Positions 20,218-30,648 of a DNA stretch of 45,729 nt are shown here, in pieces. Under the pieces are notes generated by a model. It was not told the DNA's origin. It saw only the letters and a list, made by a program, of their open reading frames with translations, and ran no database searches. Made by a program: the position numbers and the translations under genes. The stretch is taken from NCBI GenBank assembly GCA_041742355.1, contig JBGSIV010000300.1, positions 1 to 45,729 on the forward strand, read 5' to 3'. How positions within the stretch are numbered: the first letter of the stretch is position 1; the number at the start of each line of letters is the position of its first letter. The DNA comes from Candidatus Zixiibacteriota bacterium (GTDB lineage: Bacteria > Zixibacteria > MSB-5A5 > GN15 > FEB-12).

Positions 20218-21129
20218 CTATGGGCGTTCGCGTCGCCGGTCCCTGATGCCGTGGCCGTTTCCCTCGTCGGCGTAGAAGTACTGAATGTACTCCCAGGCAT
20301 CGCGGGCGGAGTCGGCGTATACGAACAGGTTGATGTCATCAATGTCGATTGTCCCCTGGTCGACCAGATACTGGAAGTTAATCAGTCCTTTCCAGTATTC
20401 CTCGCCGAAAAGAATGATCGGCAGGGGCTTCATCACTCCGGTCTGGACGAGGGTGAGCGCTTCGAAGAGCTCGTCGAGGGTGCCGTATCCGCCCGGAAAC
20501 GCCACGAGGGCCCGGGCCCGCAGCATGAAATGCATTTTGCGGACGGCGAAGTAGTGGAATTGCATGCACAGTTCGGGGGTGATATACGGGTTCGGTTCCT
20601 GCTCGGTGGCGAGGGTGATATTCAGGCCGATGGTTTTGGCGTCGACGTCAAACGCTCCGCGGTTGGCCCCTTCCATGATTCCCGGCCCGCCGCCGGTCAC
20701 GATCACGTACGGGTTGACGGAGTTGGTCTGGCTTTCCTCCGATACCAGCCGCCCGAATTCGCGGGCCGCTTCATAGTAGTGCGACTTGGCTTCGACCGAT
20801 TTGGCGATCTGGAGCTGACGCCGCAGTTCGCGGTCGCGGGGGCTGCGTTCGAGTTCCTTCTCCAGGCGGTCCACCACCCGGCGGGCCTGCTCCGGGGAGA
20901 GAATCCGGGTGCTGCCGAACACGACGATGGTCGAGACGATCTTGTGTTCCTGAAGGATCAACTCCGGCTTCAGAAGCTCAAGCTGCAACCGGATCGGCCG
21001 GCAGTCGGGCGTGCCGAGGAAATCGAGGTCCTTGTAGGCCAGACGGTAGGCGGGGTGTGCTTTCAGCCGCCGCGTCATCTCTTCTTCGTTGACGACCTTC
21101 CGGGCCGTCGGAACTGACTTTCGTGCCAT
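20218..21129 (-). CDS. LOG family (TIGR00730) Rossmann-fold protein, putative nucleotide phosphoribohydrolase
   Basis: VVFGSTR, TGGGPGIMEGANRGA, FHYFAVRK, FPGGYGTLDELFE. Confidence 0.9.
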   Translation of the reverse strand: MARKSVPTARKVVNEEEMTRRLKAHPAYRLAYKDLDFLGTPDCRPIRLQLELLKPELILQEHKIVSTIVVFGSTRILSPEQARRVVDRLEKELERSPRDRELRRQLQIAKSVEAKSHYYEAAREFGRLVSEESQTNSVNPYVIVTGGGPGIMEGANRGAFDVDAKTIGLNITLATEQEPNPYITPELCMQFHYFAVRKMHFMLRARALVAFPGGYGTLDELFEALTLVQTGVMKPLPIILFGEEYWKGLINFQYLVDQGTIDIDDINLFVYADSARDAWEYIQYFYADEGNGHGIRDRRRERP

Positions 21130-21148
21130 GCTACTTTCTTTACCGCTG

Positions 21149-22534
21149 TTAGAGTTCCACAGTTTCATGGAGGGTCGGGATGTGGCAATCCCAGCCCCGC
21201 TCCTGCCGGAGGTGTTCGGCCATGGCCGTCAACTGCTCCGCCTCTCCGTGCGTGCAGAACACCCGCTTCGGCTTCTGTTCCACCGGCTCCAGCCAGTGCA
21301 ATATTTCCTGGTAGTCGGCGTGGGCCGACAGGCTGTGCAGGTTCACCAGCCGGGCTTTCACCTTCACGAGCTGCTTATGTATATACACCGTTTCCGGCTC
21401 TTCGGCCAGTTTCCGCCCCAGCGTCCCTTCCGCCATGTATCCGACCAGCGCGATGATGTTTTTCGGCTCGGGGAGCCGCTGGATCAGGTGGTGAAGAATG
21501 CGGCCGCCGGTGAGCATGCCGCTTGCCGACAGGATGATCGCCGGCCCCTTCAGTTTGTTCAGTTCTTTCGAGTCGTTGCGATCCCGATGCAGGTAGACCC
21601 GCGGGCCGTGGAAGACGCAGTCTTCCCCGCCGAGGTAGCGCAGGTCGACGGCATGGTATCCGGCGTACTTCACGTAGAGTTCGGTAGCGGTCACGGCCAT
21701 CGGCGAGTCGATGTGCACGTTGATCGGCGGGATGCGGTTGTGACGAATCAATTCGCTCACCAGGTAGGTGATCTGCTGGGTGCGGCCGATTGCGAAGGCC
21801 GGTATGAGGAGAACCGACCGCCGCTCGATGATCTCCTTGATCATGTTCTCGAACTCGAAGTACGGATCTTCCGGCTCATGCACCCGGCTGCCGTAGGTCG
21901 ATTCGCACACAATGTAGTCGGTCTGGGGTGGAGTTCCCGGGTTGCGTGTCAGCGGGTTACCGTAACGCCCGATATCCCCTGAGAACAGAATTGACGCCTC
22001 TTTGTGCCCGTCGTTGAGCGCCATCTCCACCGAGGCAGCTCCGAGGATGTGCCCGATGATGTGGTACCGGAACCGGATGCCGGGGGCCACCTCGAGCCAC
22101 TCGCCGTAGTTTCGTTCCACGAACTGATCCTCGATGCGCTCGACATCGGCGGTGTCGAAGAGCGGCAGGGCTTTTTCGTGCCGGGTCAGGTGTTTCCGGT
22201 TGCGGTAGTCGGCATCTTCTTCCTGGAGGTACGCGGCGTCCTTCAGCGAGACTTTGGCCAGTTCGACGGTGGGCGGCGTGGCATAAATCGGTTTGGAGAA
22301 GCCCATTCGGCCCAGGCGAGGGAGGTAGCCGATGTGGTCGATGTGGGCATGGGTGACGATGACGCCGGCCAGTTTCTTCGGGTCGAACGGCGGAATGTCC
22401 CAATTCTGCTGGCGGAGTTCCTTTGCCCCCTGGAACATTCCGCAGTCGACGAGGACCTGCTTGTCGTTGACCGTAACGAGGTACTTTGAACCGGTCACCG
22501 TGCCCGCGGCGCCGTGAAAGGAAAGCTGGATCAC
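21149..22534 (-). CDS. MBL-fold beta-CASP metallo-hydrolase (putative ribonuclease)
   Basis: GAAGTVTGSK, VDCGMFQG, THAHIDH, FSGDIG, ESTYG, PAFAIGRTQ, SASGM..GGRI.HH, LSAHAD, THGE. GTG start. Confidence 0.92.
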   Translation of the reverse strand: MIQLSFHGAAGTVTGSKYLVTVNDKQVLVDCGMFQGAKELRQQNWDIPPFDPKKLAGVIVTHAHIDHIGYLPRLGRMGFSKPIYATPPTVELAKVSLKDAAYLQEEDADYRNRKHLTRHEKALPLFDTADVERIEDQFVERNYGEWLEVAPGIRFRYHIIGHILGAASVEMALNDGHKEASILFSGDIGRYGNPLTRNPGTPPQTDYIVCESTYGSRVHEPEDPYFEFENMIKEIIERRSVLLIPAFAIGRTQQITYLVSELIRHNRIPPINVHIDSPMAVTATELYVKYAGYHAVDLRYLGGEDCVFHGPRVYLHRDRNDSKELNKLKGPAIILSASGMLTGGRILHHLIQRLPEPKNIIALVGYMAEGTLGRKLAEEPETVYIHKQLVKVKARLVNLHSLSAHADYQEILHWLEPVEQKPKRVFCTHGEAEQLTAMAEHLRQERGWDCHIPTLHETVEL

Positions 22535-22583
22535 CGGAACCTGCCTTGTGTGAGCGGTCGATGTTTACCGGGGCGTGACAGGG

Positions 22584-23738
22584 TCAGGCCTTCCCGGCTT
22601 TCTGCTTGGGGGCGGCGAAATATTCATCGAGCGGGGCGTCGGCCGGCACGCCGAGGGAAATCCCCAGCGACCGCGCCGCGCGGACCCAGGGATGATCGGG
22701 GGTAACGACCCGCAGCCGTCCGGCCACATCCTTGATCGCGGTGGAGCCGATGTCCCCTCCCTTCATGGCCACCATTTGGCCCAGTTCGCCGCGCGCCACC
22801 ATGTGTACTGCTTCGGAGCCGAACCGGGTGGCCAGCAGGCGGTCATGGGCGGTGGGGGACCCGCCGCGCAGCAGGTGCCCGAGAATCGTCACCCGGCACT
22901 CGATGTTGGTCAATCCTTCGATTTGCGCGGCCACCTGCCGCGACACGCCGCCGAGGCGGACTTTGTCCGGGGAGCTTTCGATCATTCGATCGACGACCAT
23001 CTGGCCGCCCAGAGAACGGGCTCCTTCTCCGACCACGACGATCGAGAACCGTTTACCGGCCGCGTTGCGGTTCCGCACCGCTGTGACGACGGCGTCGATG
23101 TCGTACGGGAATTCGGGCAGGAGGATGATGTCTCCGCCGCCGGCGATCCCCGAGGCAATTGCGAGCCAGCCGGCGTACCGTCCCATTACCTCGATTATCA
23201 TTACCCGGTGGTGGGATTGCGCTGTCGTGTGAATCTTGTCCACGGCATCGGTCGCGGTGGTCACGGCAGAATCGAATCCAAACGTGACATCGGTACCCCA
23301 GAGGTCGTTGTCGATGGTTTTGGGGACGCCGACGACCGGCAGGCCCTTCTCCATCATGCGGGCCGAGGCGGCCATGGTGCCGTCGCCGCCGATGGCGATC
23401 AGGGCATCGAGGCCGAGTTTCTCGATATTTCGGATGGCCTGGCTGGAGCGGTCGAGGTAGATGTAGGATTCATCCTGAAGGACGGGGTAGTGGAACGGGT
23501 CGGCCTGATTCGATGTTCCGAGTATTGTTCCGCCCAGGGTCAGGATGCCCGAGACATCGTGGTTTGACAGCTCCCGGTACCGGTTTTCGATCAGCCCTTC
23601 ATAGCCGTCGAGAAAGCCGATGACCCGCCAGTCGTATTCGTTGTCGGCGGTCTTGACGATTGCTCGTATGACCGCGTTCAGTCCGGGGCAGTCACCGCCG
23701 CCCGTCAACACGCCGATTCGTTTCACCAGTTTTGCCAT
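22584..23738 (-). CDS. pfkA: 6-phosphofructokinase (PfkA family, group III-like)
   Basis: TGGGDCPGLNAVIR, GGTILGTS, IGGDGT, PKTIDND, EVMGR, LGHLLRGG. Confidence 0.93.
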   Translation of the reverse strand: MAKLVKRIGVLTGGGDCPGLNAVIRAIVKTADNEYDWRVIGFLDGYEGLIENRYRELSNHDVSGILTLGGTILGTSNQADPFHYPVLQDESYIYLDRSSQAIRNIEKLGLDALIAIGGDGTMAASARMMEKGLPVVGVPKTIDNDLWGTDVTFGFDSAVTTATDAVDKIHTTAQSHHRVMIIEVMGRYAGWLAIASGIAGGGDIILLPEFPYDIDAVVTAVRNRNAAGKRFSIVVVGEGARSLGGQMVVDRMIESSPDKVRLGGVSRQVAAQIEGLTNIECRVTILGHLLRGGSPTAHDRLLATRFGSEAVHMVARGELGQMVAMKGGDIGSTAIKDVAGRLRVVTPDHPWVRAARSLGISLGVPADAPLDEYFAAPKQKAGKA

Positions 23739-23983
23739 ATACCTAACATAGAGGGTGGGGTACTAAAAACAACCATATTTTTTTCGTCGGTTGCGGACGC
23801 ATTCTTCTTGAGTGCTATCGGTTTACAAACCGGCCCCGGCTGCCGATGATATGGGTACGGCCCGGTCCGATGGAGACGTGGCGACCGGCCGGTGACAGCG
23901 AGTATAAATAGTAGTTGATTTTGAGCAGTACCGTAAATTAGTTGACCGTTTGAGCGAATAGCCGCCCGAACATTAGGAGTGCG

Positions 23984-26542
23984 ATGCGCGTACGCCAATT
24001 TTTCGTTCTTCCGAAGCTGCCCGACCGCCTGCTTCCCCTGCAGGAACTGGCCCAGAACCTCTGGTATTCGTGGAACTGGGATCTGGTGAAGCTGTTCATC
24101 CGGCTCGATGCCGAGATGTGGGAGCAGTGCTACCAGAACCCGGTTGAGATGCTTGCCCGGCTCCCCCAGGATTCGCTCCAGCGAGCCGCGGACGACGACG
24201 CGTTTGTGGCCTCTTTGCACCGCGTTTACGACAAATACCAGACGTACCTGAAGCAGGAAAAGTGGTTTCAGTACAAGTACGCCCCCTATAATGATCGGCG
24301 CATCGCCTATTTTTCGCTGGAGTACGGCCTTGACACCAGCCTCCCGGTATACTCCGGCGGCCTCGGGGTTCTTTCGGGCGACACGCTGAAGTCGGCCTCG
24401 GACCTCGGTCTGCCCATGGTCGCGGTGGCGCTGCTCTACCGCTATGGCTATTTCCGCCAGTTTCTGTCAGCTGACGGCTGGCAGCAGGAGCGCTACGAGG
24501 AAAACGACTGGTATCACATGCCGGTCGAGCAGGTCAAGGACGCTTCCGGTCAGCCCCTGCGGATCACGGTCCAGATGGCCGGCGCTCCGGTTCACGCGCA
24601 GGTCTGGAAGGCCCAGATCGGCGTGACGCCGCTCTATACGCTGGACACGAATATTCCCGAGAATTCGACCCGGAGCCGTGAGATCACGTCGGTGCTCTAC
24701 GGCGGCGATAAGGACATGCGTATCCGGCAGGAGATCCTGCTCGGTATCGGCGGGGTGCGGGCGTTGCGGGCGCTCGGCCTGGAACCGACGATATTCCATA
24801 TGAATGAAGGTCACTCGTGGTTCCTTGCTCTGGAACGGCTCCGCGGCCTTATGCAGGACAACGGCCTGTCTTACCAGGAGGCGCTTCAGTACATCTGGTC
24901 GACCACGGTCTTCACGACCCACACGCCGGTGCCGGCCGGGAACGAGCAGTTCGACCCGGTCCTGGTGCACCGCTACCTCGGCGACTTCCTGTCGTCGCTC
25001 GGTATCTCATGGAAAGATTTTCTCACTCTGGGCCGGGTTATGCCCGAGGATGAGTCGGAAGCTTTCGGCATGACGGTGGCTGCGCTACGGACGTCGGCAT
25101 TCGCCAACGGCGTTTCCAGGCTTCACGGGCGGGTTTCGCGGGAGATGTGGCATAATATATGGCCCGGGCTCCCGACGGAGGAGATCCCGATCTCGTCGGT
25201 CACGAACGGCGTCCATGTCCAGTCCTGGATTTCGCACGACATGGACGAGCTGTTCGAATCCTATTTCGGCCCCCGCTACCGTGAGCGGCCGGGCGCGCCT
25301 GAGGTTTGGGCGCGCACCAAGAAGATTCCTGATATGGAGCTGTGGCGCACGCATAACCGTCGCCGCGAGCGCCTCATCTTCTTTGCCCGCAAGCGGCTCA
25401 AACAGCAGCTCCAGCGTCGCGGCGCGTCGGCAACGTACATTCAGCGGGCGGAACAGCTGCTCGATCCGCAGGCGCTGACGATTTGCTTTGCCCGGCGTTT
25501 CTCGACGTACAAGCGGGGCAGCCTGATCTTCTCCGACCTCGAACGCCTCGAGCGGATCGTCAATGATGAAGACCATCCGGTCCAGATCATTTTTGCGGGG
25601 AAGGCCCATCCGCTGGATAATCCGGGCAAGGAGATCATCAAGTACATCGTCAACGTGATCAACGAAGAGCGATTCCGCAGCCGGATCATTTTCCTTGAGG
25701 ATTACGATATCAATGTCGCCCGCTACATGGTTCAGGGGGCGGACATCTGGCTCAACAATCCCCGCCGCCCGCAGGAGGCCTCGGGCACGTCCGGGATGAA
25801 GGCGGCCCTGAACGGTGCGCTGCACATGTCGGTCCTCGACGGCTGGTGGGATGAAGGTTACAGCGACGAGACCGGCTTCAAGATCGGCAACGGTGAAGAA
25901 TACGACAATGTCGAGGTTCAGGACCGTTTCGAGGCGGAGATGCTGTACGACGTTATCGAGCGCGAGGCGATTCCGATCTTTTACGAGCGCAACGAAGCGC
26001 GGCTGCCTGCGCGGTGGATTGCCAAGATGAAAGGCTCCATCCAGATGGCGGGCGAGCAGTTTTCGGCGCAACACATGCTCATGAACTACACCGATCAGTT
26101 CTATGTCCGGGCCATGGATTTCGCGGTGAAACTCGGCGCGGACAATTTCGCGCCTACCAAGCAGCTCACGGCCTGGCTCGAGCGCATGCGTGCCGGCTGG
26201 GATCGCATTGCGATCACCGATGTTCGCATCCCGGATCTCGGAGCCACGGTCTTTGTCGGCCAGCGCCTGCCGATCGAGGTCGATGTTCACCTCGGCCCGA
26301 TCGATCCGGCCGACGTCAGCGTGGAACTGGTTGCCGGGCGGCTGAATTCTCAGGAGCAGCTGGTCAACCACCACCCGGTGCCGGCCAAGCTGGTCGGATG
26401 CACCGACAGCGGCAGCACCTACACGTTTACCGGCGAAGTTGAGTGCGGTGAGTCCGGACGGTTCGGGATCAAGGCGAGGATCATCCCGCGCAACGAGACG
26501 ATGCCGCACGTGTTCAAGCCCCGCCTCATCAGTTGGTGGTAG
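23984..26542 (+). CDS. glgP: Alpha-glucan (glycogen) phosphorylase
   Basis: YSGGLGVLSGD, RIRQEILLGIGG, HMNEGH, FTTHTPVPAG, FARRFSTYKR, PLP-lysine motif EASGTSGMK. Confidence 0.95.
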   Translation: MRVRQFFVLPKLPDRLLPLQELAQNLWYSWNWDLVKLFIRLDAEMWEQCYQNPVEMLARLPQDSLQRAADDDAFVASLHRVYDKYQTYLKQEKWFQYKYAPYNDRRIAYFSLEYGLDTSLPVYSGGLGVLSGDTLKSASDLGLPMVAVALLYRYGYFRQFLSADGWQQERYEENDWYHMPVEQVKDASGQPLRITVQMAGAPVHAQVWKAQIGVTPLYTLDTNIPENSTRSREITSVLYGGDKDMRIRQEILLGIGGVRALRALGLEPTIFHMNEGHSWFLALERLRGLMQDNGLSYQEALQYIWSTTVFTTHTPVPAGNEQFDPVLVHRYLGDFLSSLGISWKDFLTLGRVMPEDESEAFGMTVAALRTSAFANGVSRLHGRVSREMWHNIWPGLPTEEIPISSVTNGVHVQSWISHDMDELFESYFGPRYRERPGAPEVWARTKKIPDMELWRTHNRRRERLIFFARKRLKQQLQRRGASATYIQRAEQLLDPQALTICFARRFSTYKRGSLIFSDLERLERIVNDEDHPVQIIFAGKAHPLDNPGKEIIKYIVNVINEERFRSRIIFLEDYDINVARYMVQGADIWLNNPRRPQEASGTSGMKAALNGALHMSVLDGWWDEGYSDETGFKIGNGEEYDNVEVQDRFEAEMLYDVIEREAIPIFYERNEARLPARWIAKMKGSIQMAGEQFSAQHMLMNYTDQFYVRAMDFAVKLGADNFAPTKQLTAWLERMRAGWDRIAITDVRIPDLGATVFVGQRLPIEVDVHLGPIDPADVSVELVAGRLNSQEQLVNHHPVPAKLVGCTDSGSTYTFTGEVECGESGRFGIKARIIPRNETMPHVFKPRLISWW

Positions 26543-26567
26543 GGTCCCGTACGTCAGGGTCAATTGC

Positions 26568-26598
26568 AGGCCGGTTCGATCCGAACCGGCCTTTTTTT
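26568..26598 (+). terminator. Rho-independent terminator after glgP
   Basis: AGGCCGGTTCG-atc-CGAACCGGCCT followed by a T6 tract. Confidence 0.85.
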
Positions 26599-26776
26599 GT
26601 GAATCCCGGCGATGTCCGCCGATCTGCAACCCGGCGGTAAGCGGTGCGTATCAATCCTGTATGGCGGTTGACGAGCAGCAGCCAAAGATCATGGGCGAGC
26701 TTGACTTGGACCCGGCCGTCTGTTTAATTTGACTCAAATTGGACCGTAGAGTCTTAACTATCGTTTGGAGGAATTG

Positions 26777-28282
26777 ATGAAACGCACGAACCTGTGGCTG
26801 GGCCTGGCGGTGGCCTGCCTGGCCCTGCTCGCAGCCCCGCTGGTCTTCGCTTTCGATTACCAGAAGATCGAGAAGACGGTGTCGAAGCACACGCTTGCAA
26901 ACGGCCTGCGCATCCTGGTGATGGAACGCCACGAAGCGCCGGTCGCCTCATTTGTCACGTACTGCGATGTCGGCGGGGTCGATGACCCGAAAGAGTACAC
27001 CGGCATGGCCCACATGTTCGAACACATGGCTTTCAAGGGCACGCAGATGGTCGGCACGAATGACATCAATGCCGAGCTCGCCGCGATGCGCGTCGAGGAT
27101 TCCCTCTTCTACCTGCTCCGCGCCGAGCGCAAGAAAGGGATACTGGCCGATTCGACGCGGCTGATCGAGTTGGAGAAGGCCTTCAACGAGGCAATCGACA
27201 AGGCCAACGAGTATGTCGTGGCGAACGAGTTCGACAACATCTTCGAGCGTAACGGGGCGGTCGGGATGAACGCCGGCACCGGCATGGACCAGACCAGCTA
27301 CATCATGAGCCTCCCCTCCAACAAGCTGGAGCTCTGGATGGCGATGGAATCGGCCCGCTTCAAGGAGCCGGTCCTGCGCGAGATGTACCGCGAGCGCAAC
27401 GTCATCGGCGAGGAACGCCGCCAGACGCTGGAGAACAACCCGATTATGCGCGCGATCGACGTGCTCAAGTCGACCGCGTTCACCGCGCATCCCTACGGCA
27501 TTTCGATTGTCGGCCACATGTCCGACATCAACAACTACACGCGTGACGCCGCCAAGGCGTTTTTCGAGAAGTACTACGTCCCGTCCAACATGATTATCGC
27601 GGTTGTGGGCGATGTCGACCCGCAACAGGTTTTCCAGCTTGCCGAGAAGTACTGGGGGGATATCCCGTACAGCCCGGAGCCGGAGCCGGTCGCGACGGTT
27701 GAACCGGAACAGCAGGGTGAGCGGCGCGTGGTTCTCGAGGATCCGGCCCAGCCGATTTTCGCGGCTGCCTGGCACATTCCCGAGTACACGCACCCCGACT
27801 TCCCGGCCGTGCAGGCGATGATGGATTACCTCGGCCAGGGGCGGACCTCGCTCCTGTACAAGAATCTGGTGAAGGAGAAGAAGATCGCCGCCGATGTCGG
27901 TTCGTTCGCCGGCTACCCCGGCAGCAAGTATCCGACGCTGGCCCTGGTGTACGCCATGCCCGCCGCCGAGAAGAGCAATCCGGAGTGCGAGGAGCAGGTT
28001 TACATTGAAATCGAGCGTCTGAAGAATGAGCTGCTTTCGGCTGAAGACGTCGAGGAGATCAAGGCCCGCGCCAAAGCCGGCTTCATCAACGGCCTGGTTT
28101 CGAACCTCGGCATGGCCTCGCAGCTGGCCTCGGCCGAGAACGATTGGGGTGACTGGCGCGCCCTTTTCCGCGAGCTCGACCGCATCAACGCGGTGACCGC
28201 CGAAGACATACAGCGCGTCGCCAAGCAGTACTTCACGAAGAACAATCGGACCGTTGTGTACCTCAATACGGTTCAGAGTTAG
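26777..28282 (+). CDS. M16 (pitrilysin/insulinase) family zinc peptidase, catalytic subunit, secreted
   Basis: Signal peptide, inverted zinc motif HMFEH (HxxEH), 'NAGT..DQTSY', 'HPY..SIVG'. GGAGG RBS before the ATG at 26777. Confidence 0.92.
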   Translation: MKRTNLWLGLAVACLALLAAPLVFAFDYQKIEKTVSKHTLANGLRILVMERHEAPVASFVTYCDVGGVDDPKEYTGMAHMFEHMAFKGTQMVGTNDINAELAAMRVEDSLFYLLRAERKKGILADSTRLIELEKAFNEAIDKANEYVVANEFDNIFERNGAVGMNAGTGMDQTSYIMSLPSNKLELWMAMESARFKEPVLREMYRERNVIGEERRQTLENNPIMRAIDVLKSTAFTAHPYGISIVGHMSDINNYTRDAAKAFFEKYYVPSNMIIAVVGDVDPQQVFQLAEKYWGDIPYSPEPEPVATVEPEQQGERRVVLEDPAQPIFAAAWHIPEYTHPDFPAVQAMMDYLGQGRTSLLYKNLVKEKKIAADVGSFAGYPGSKYPTLALVYAMPAAEKSNPECEEQVYIEIERLKNELLSAEDVEEIKARAKAGFINGLVSNLGMASQLASAENDWGDWRALFRELDRINAVTAEDIQRVAKQYFTKNNRTVVYLNTVQS

Positions 28283-28295
28283 GGGAGCTTAGATC

Positions 28296-30437
28296 ATGTT
28301 GAAACGTACTTTCCTCCTGTGCGCCATGCTGCTGTGGGCGCTGTCCCTCACGGCAACGGCCCAGGAAATCGACAAGATAACTTTTCCGAAGCTGAATGAG
28401 TTCGAGATCCCCAAGGTCGAGAAGATTCAGCTGGATAACGGCATGCGGATCTACCTGCTGCCGGACAAGACCCTTCCGTTGTTCAATATCAGCGTCCGCA
28501 TCAACGCGGGCTCCTGGCTGGAACCCGCCGACAAAGCCGGCCTGGCCGACCTCACGGCCACGGTTATGCGCACCGGCGGCACCCGCACCTGGAGCGGCGA
28601 CGAAATCGACGAGCTCCTTGAGGGCATCGGCGCCGCAGTCGAAACGAACATGCAGGATGTCGAAGGCGGGGCGTTCGTCAACGTGCTCAGCGAGTACGTC
28701 GACACCGGCCTGGCGGTCCTGACGGAAGTCCTCCGCTACCCCCGGTTCGATCAGGAAAAGATCGACCTCGCCCTCGTACAGCAGCGAAGCAACATCTCCC
28801 GCCGCAACGATGAAGTCGGCGATATCGCTCTCCGGGAGTGGCGCAAACTCGTCTACGGCCCGGAGTCGCCGTACGCCCGCACGGTCGAGTACGCCACGCT
28901 GGACAATATCACCCGCGAGGACCTGGTGGCTTTCCATGGCCAGTATATCAAGCCGGAGAACATCCAGATCGCGGTCAGCGGAGATTTCGACAAGGGCAAG
29001 ATCGTCACGAAGCTGAAGAAGCTCTTCGGCGACTGGAAGCGCGGCTCGAACGACGGCCTCACGCCGCCGCCCGTGACGTATGACTGGCGCAAGAAGATCT
29101 ACTACGCCGAGAAGAAAGACGCGAAGCAGTCGTATATCCGCATCGGCCACCTCGGTGGTCTGGTCAAGGATCCCGATTACGCCGACAAGATCGTGATGAA
29201 CGCCATCCTCGGCGGCGGCTTCGGCAGCCGTCTGACCGATGAAGTCCGCACGCGCCTGGGGCTGGCGTATTCGGCCGGCGGGCGGTATGTCTCCAACTTC
29301 TCTTATCCCGGCTACTTCTTCGCCGTCGCCTCGACCGACCCCGGCAACACGGTCAAGGCGACCCGCGCGATGATCAACGAGATCAAGACGATGCACACCG
29401 ATCCGCCCACCGACATGGAGATGCAGAAGGGCAAGGACGGCTACCTCAATTCGTTCGTCTTCAATTTCGATTCCCAGCGCGAGATCGTCAACCGGATCAT
29501 GTCGTTCGACTTCTACGGCCTGCCGGAGAATTTCCTCGACATGGAGAAGGCCGGCGTTCAGGAGGTCACCAAGGATGCGGTTCTGGCGGCTTCCAAGCGC
29601 AACCTCTTCCCCGATTCCATGATCATCCTTGTCGTGGGTGACTCCAGCAAGTTCGACCTCCCGCTGGATTCCATCGGCTGGGGCGCGCCGGAAGCGGTTG
29701 ATATCGCTATCCCGGCTCCCAAGGCCGCCGATCAGGCGGAACTTCAGGTCAACGACGCCAATCTCGGCAAGGGCAAAGAGATCCTCGCGCGCGGCATCGA
29801 GGCCCACGGCGGCATGGATGCTTTCGCGAAGGTGTCCACGGTCACCGCGACGGTTACCCTGAAGCTCATCATGAACGGCCAGGAGATCCCCCTCGGTTTG
29901 AAGTCGTGGCAGCAGCTGCCTGACAACGAAAAGACCGAGCTGAACGCGATGGGCCGGATGATGGTCTCTGTGATGCTCGGCGACAAGGGCTGGCAGACGA
30001 ACCCGCAGACGGGCGCCCTGGAGGCCATGTCCCCCGAAGATGTAGCGTCGGGCCAAGAGGACAACGCCCGCGGTACGATCCGCGTTTTCCAGGCCTTCAA
30101 CAAGCCCTACTACCAGGCTGTTTACAACGGTTCCGGCACGGTTGCGGGCATTCCGGTCGATTGGGTTGCCCTGGTCAACGACAAGGGCGAGTCTTTTGCC
30201 CGCTTCGGGTTCAACACGGCCGACGGCACCCATGCCGCCCAGAGCTACATCGGTCAGACCCCCCTCGGCGAAGGTCTCCTGACCGAGACGTATTCCGACC
30301 TCCGTGAGTTCGGCGGAATCAAGATGCCGATGGTCACGTCGGTTGAGATGAACGGTCAGAAGGTGATGGAGCACAAGGTGAGCGAGTACAGCGTGAACGC
30401 CCCCATCGCCGCCGAAGTGTTCGCCGTCCCGCAGTAA
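28296..30437 (+). CDS. M16 family non-catalytic subunit with an extra C-terminal domain
   Basis: No HxxEH. Has 'ILGGGFGSRL...VRTRLGLAY' (the RY pair) and an added ~240-aa C-terminal domain starting 'GKEILARGIEAHGG'. Confidence 0.85.
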   Translation: MLKRTFLLCAMLLWALSLTATAQEIDKITFPKLNEFEIPKVEKIQLDNGMRIYLLPDKTLPLFNISVRINAGSWLEPADKAGLADLTATVMRTGGTRTWSGDEIDELLEGIGAAVETNMQDVEGGAFVNVLSEYVDTGLAVLTEVLRYPRFDQEKIDLALVQQRSNISRRNDEVGDIALREWRKLVYGPESPYARTVEYATLDNITREDLVAFHGQYIKPENIQIAVSGDFDKGKIVTKLKKLFGDWKRGSNDGLTPPPVTYDWRKKIYYAEKKDAKQSYIRIGHLGGLVKDPDYADKIVMNAILGGGFGSRLTDEVRTRLGLAYSAGGRYVSNFSYPGYFFAVASTDPGNTVKATRAMINEIKTMHTDPPTDMEMQKGKDGYLNSFVFNFDSQREIVNRIMSFDFYGLPENFLDMEKAGVQEVTKDAVLAASKRNLFPDSMIILVVGDSSKFDLPLDSIGWGAPEAVDIAIPAPKAADQAELQVNDANLGKGKEILARGIEAHGGMDAFAKVSTVTATVTLKLIMNGQEIPLGLKSWQQLPDNEKTELNAMGRMMVSVMLGDKGWQTNPQTGALEAMSPEDVASGQEDNARGTIRVFQAFNKPYYQAVYNGSGTVAGIPVDWVALVNDKGESFARFGFNTADGTHAAQSYIGQTPLGEGLLTETYSDLREFGGIKMPMVTSVEMNGQKVMEHKVSEYSVNAPIAAEVFAVPQ

Positions 30438-30460
30438 AGCGTTTTTGCGAAGCACTATAC

Positions 30461-30489
30461 AAGCCGGTCGGATTGCCGACCGGCTTTTT
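30461..30489 (+). terminator. Rho-independent terminator after the M16 pair
   Basis: AAGCCGGTCGG-attg-CCGACCGGCTT followed by TTT. Confidence 0.8.
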
Positions 30490-30506
30490 CATGCCCCAGA
30501 TCTCGA

Positions 30507-30534
30507 TTGACAAAACCCGGCTTTTGCGTATCTT
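30507..30534 (+). promoter_or_regulatory. sigma70-type promoter
   Basis: TTGACA-N16-TATCTT. Confidence 0.6.
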
Positions 30535-30648
30535 CCCTGTTGAGTAGGATTCTTCCCTGATTGTCACGCCAACCCGAAGGTGGGAGAAGAACCCCCGGTA
30601 CTTCGCTAATTCGACGAACGTATGACCCAAGTGAAAGGAGCTCCGTAT

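Noticed and set aside
25085..26629. 514-aa minus-strand ORF (likewise 37229-38806 and 30763-32163)
   Set aside because: These overlap well-supported genes on the opposite strand and have no protein-family features.
28263..30455. 730-aa minus-strand ORF
   Set aside because: Antisense shadow of the M16 subunit gene.
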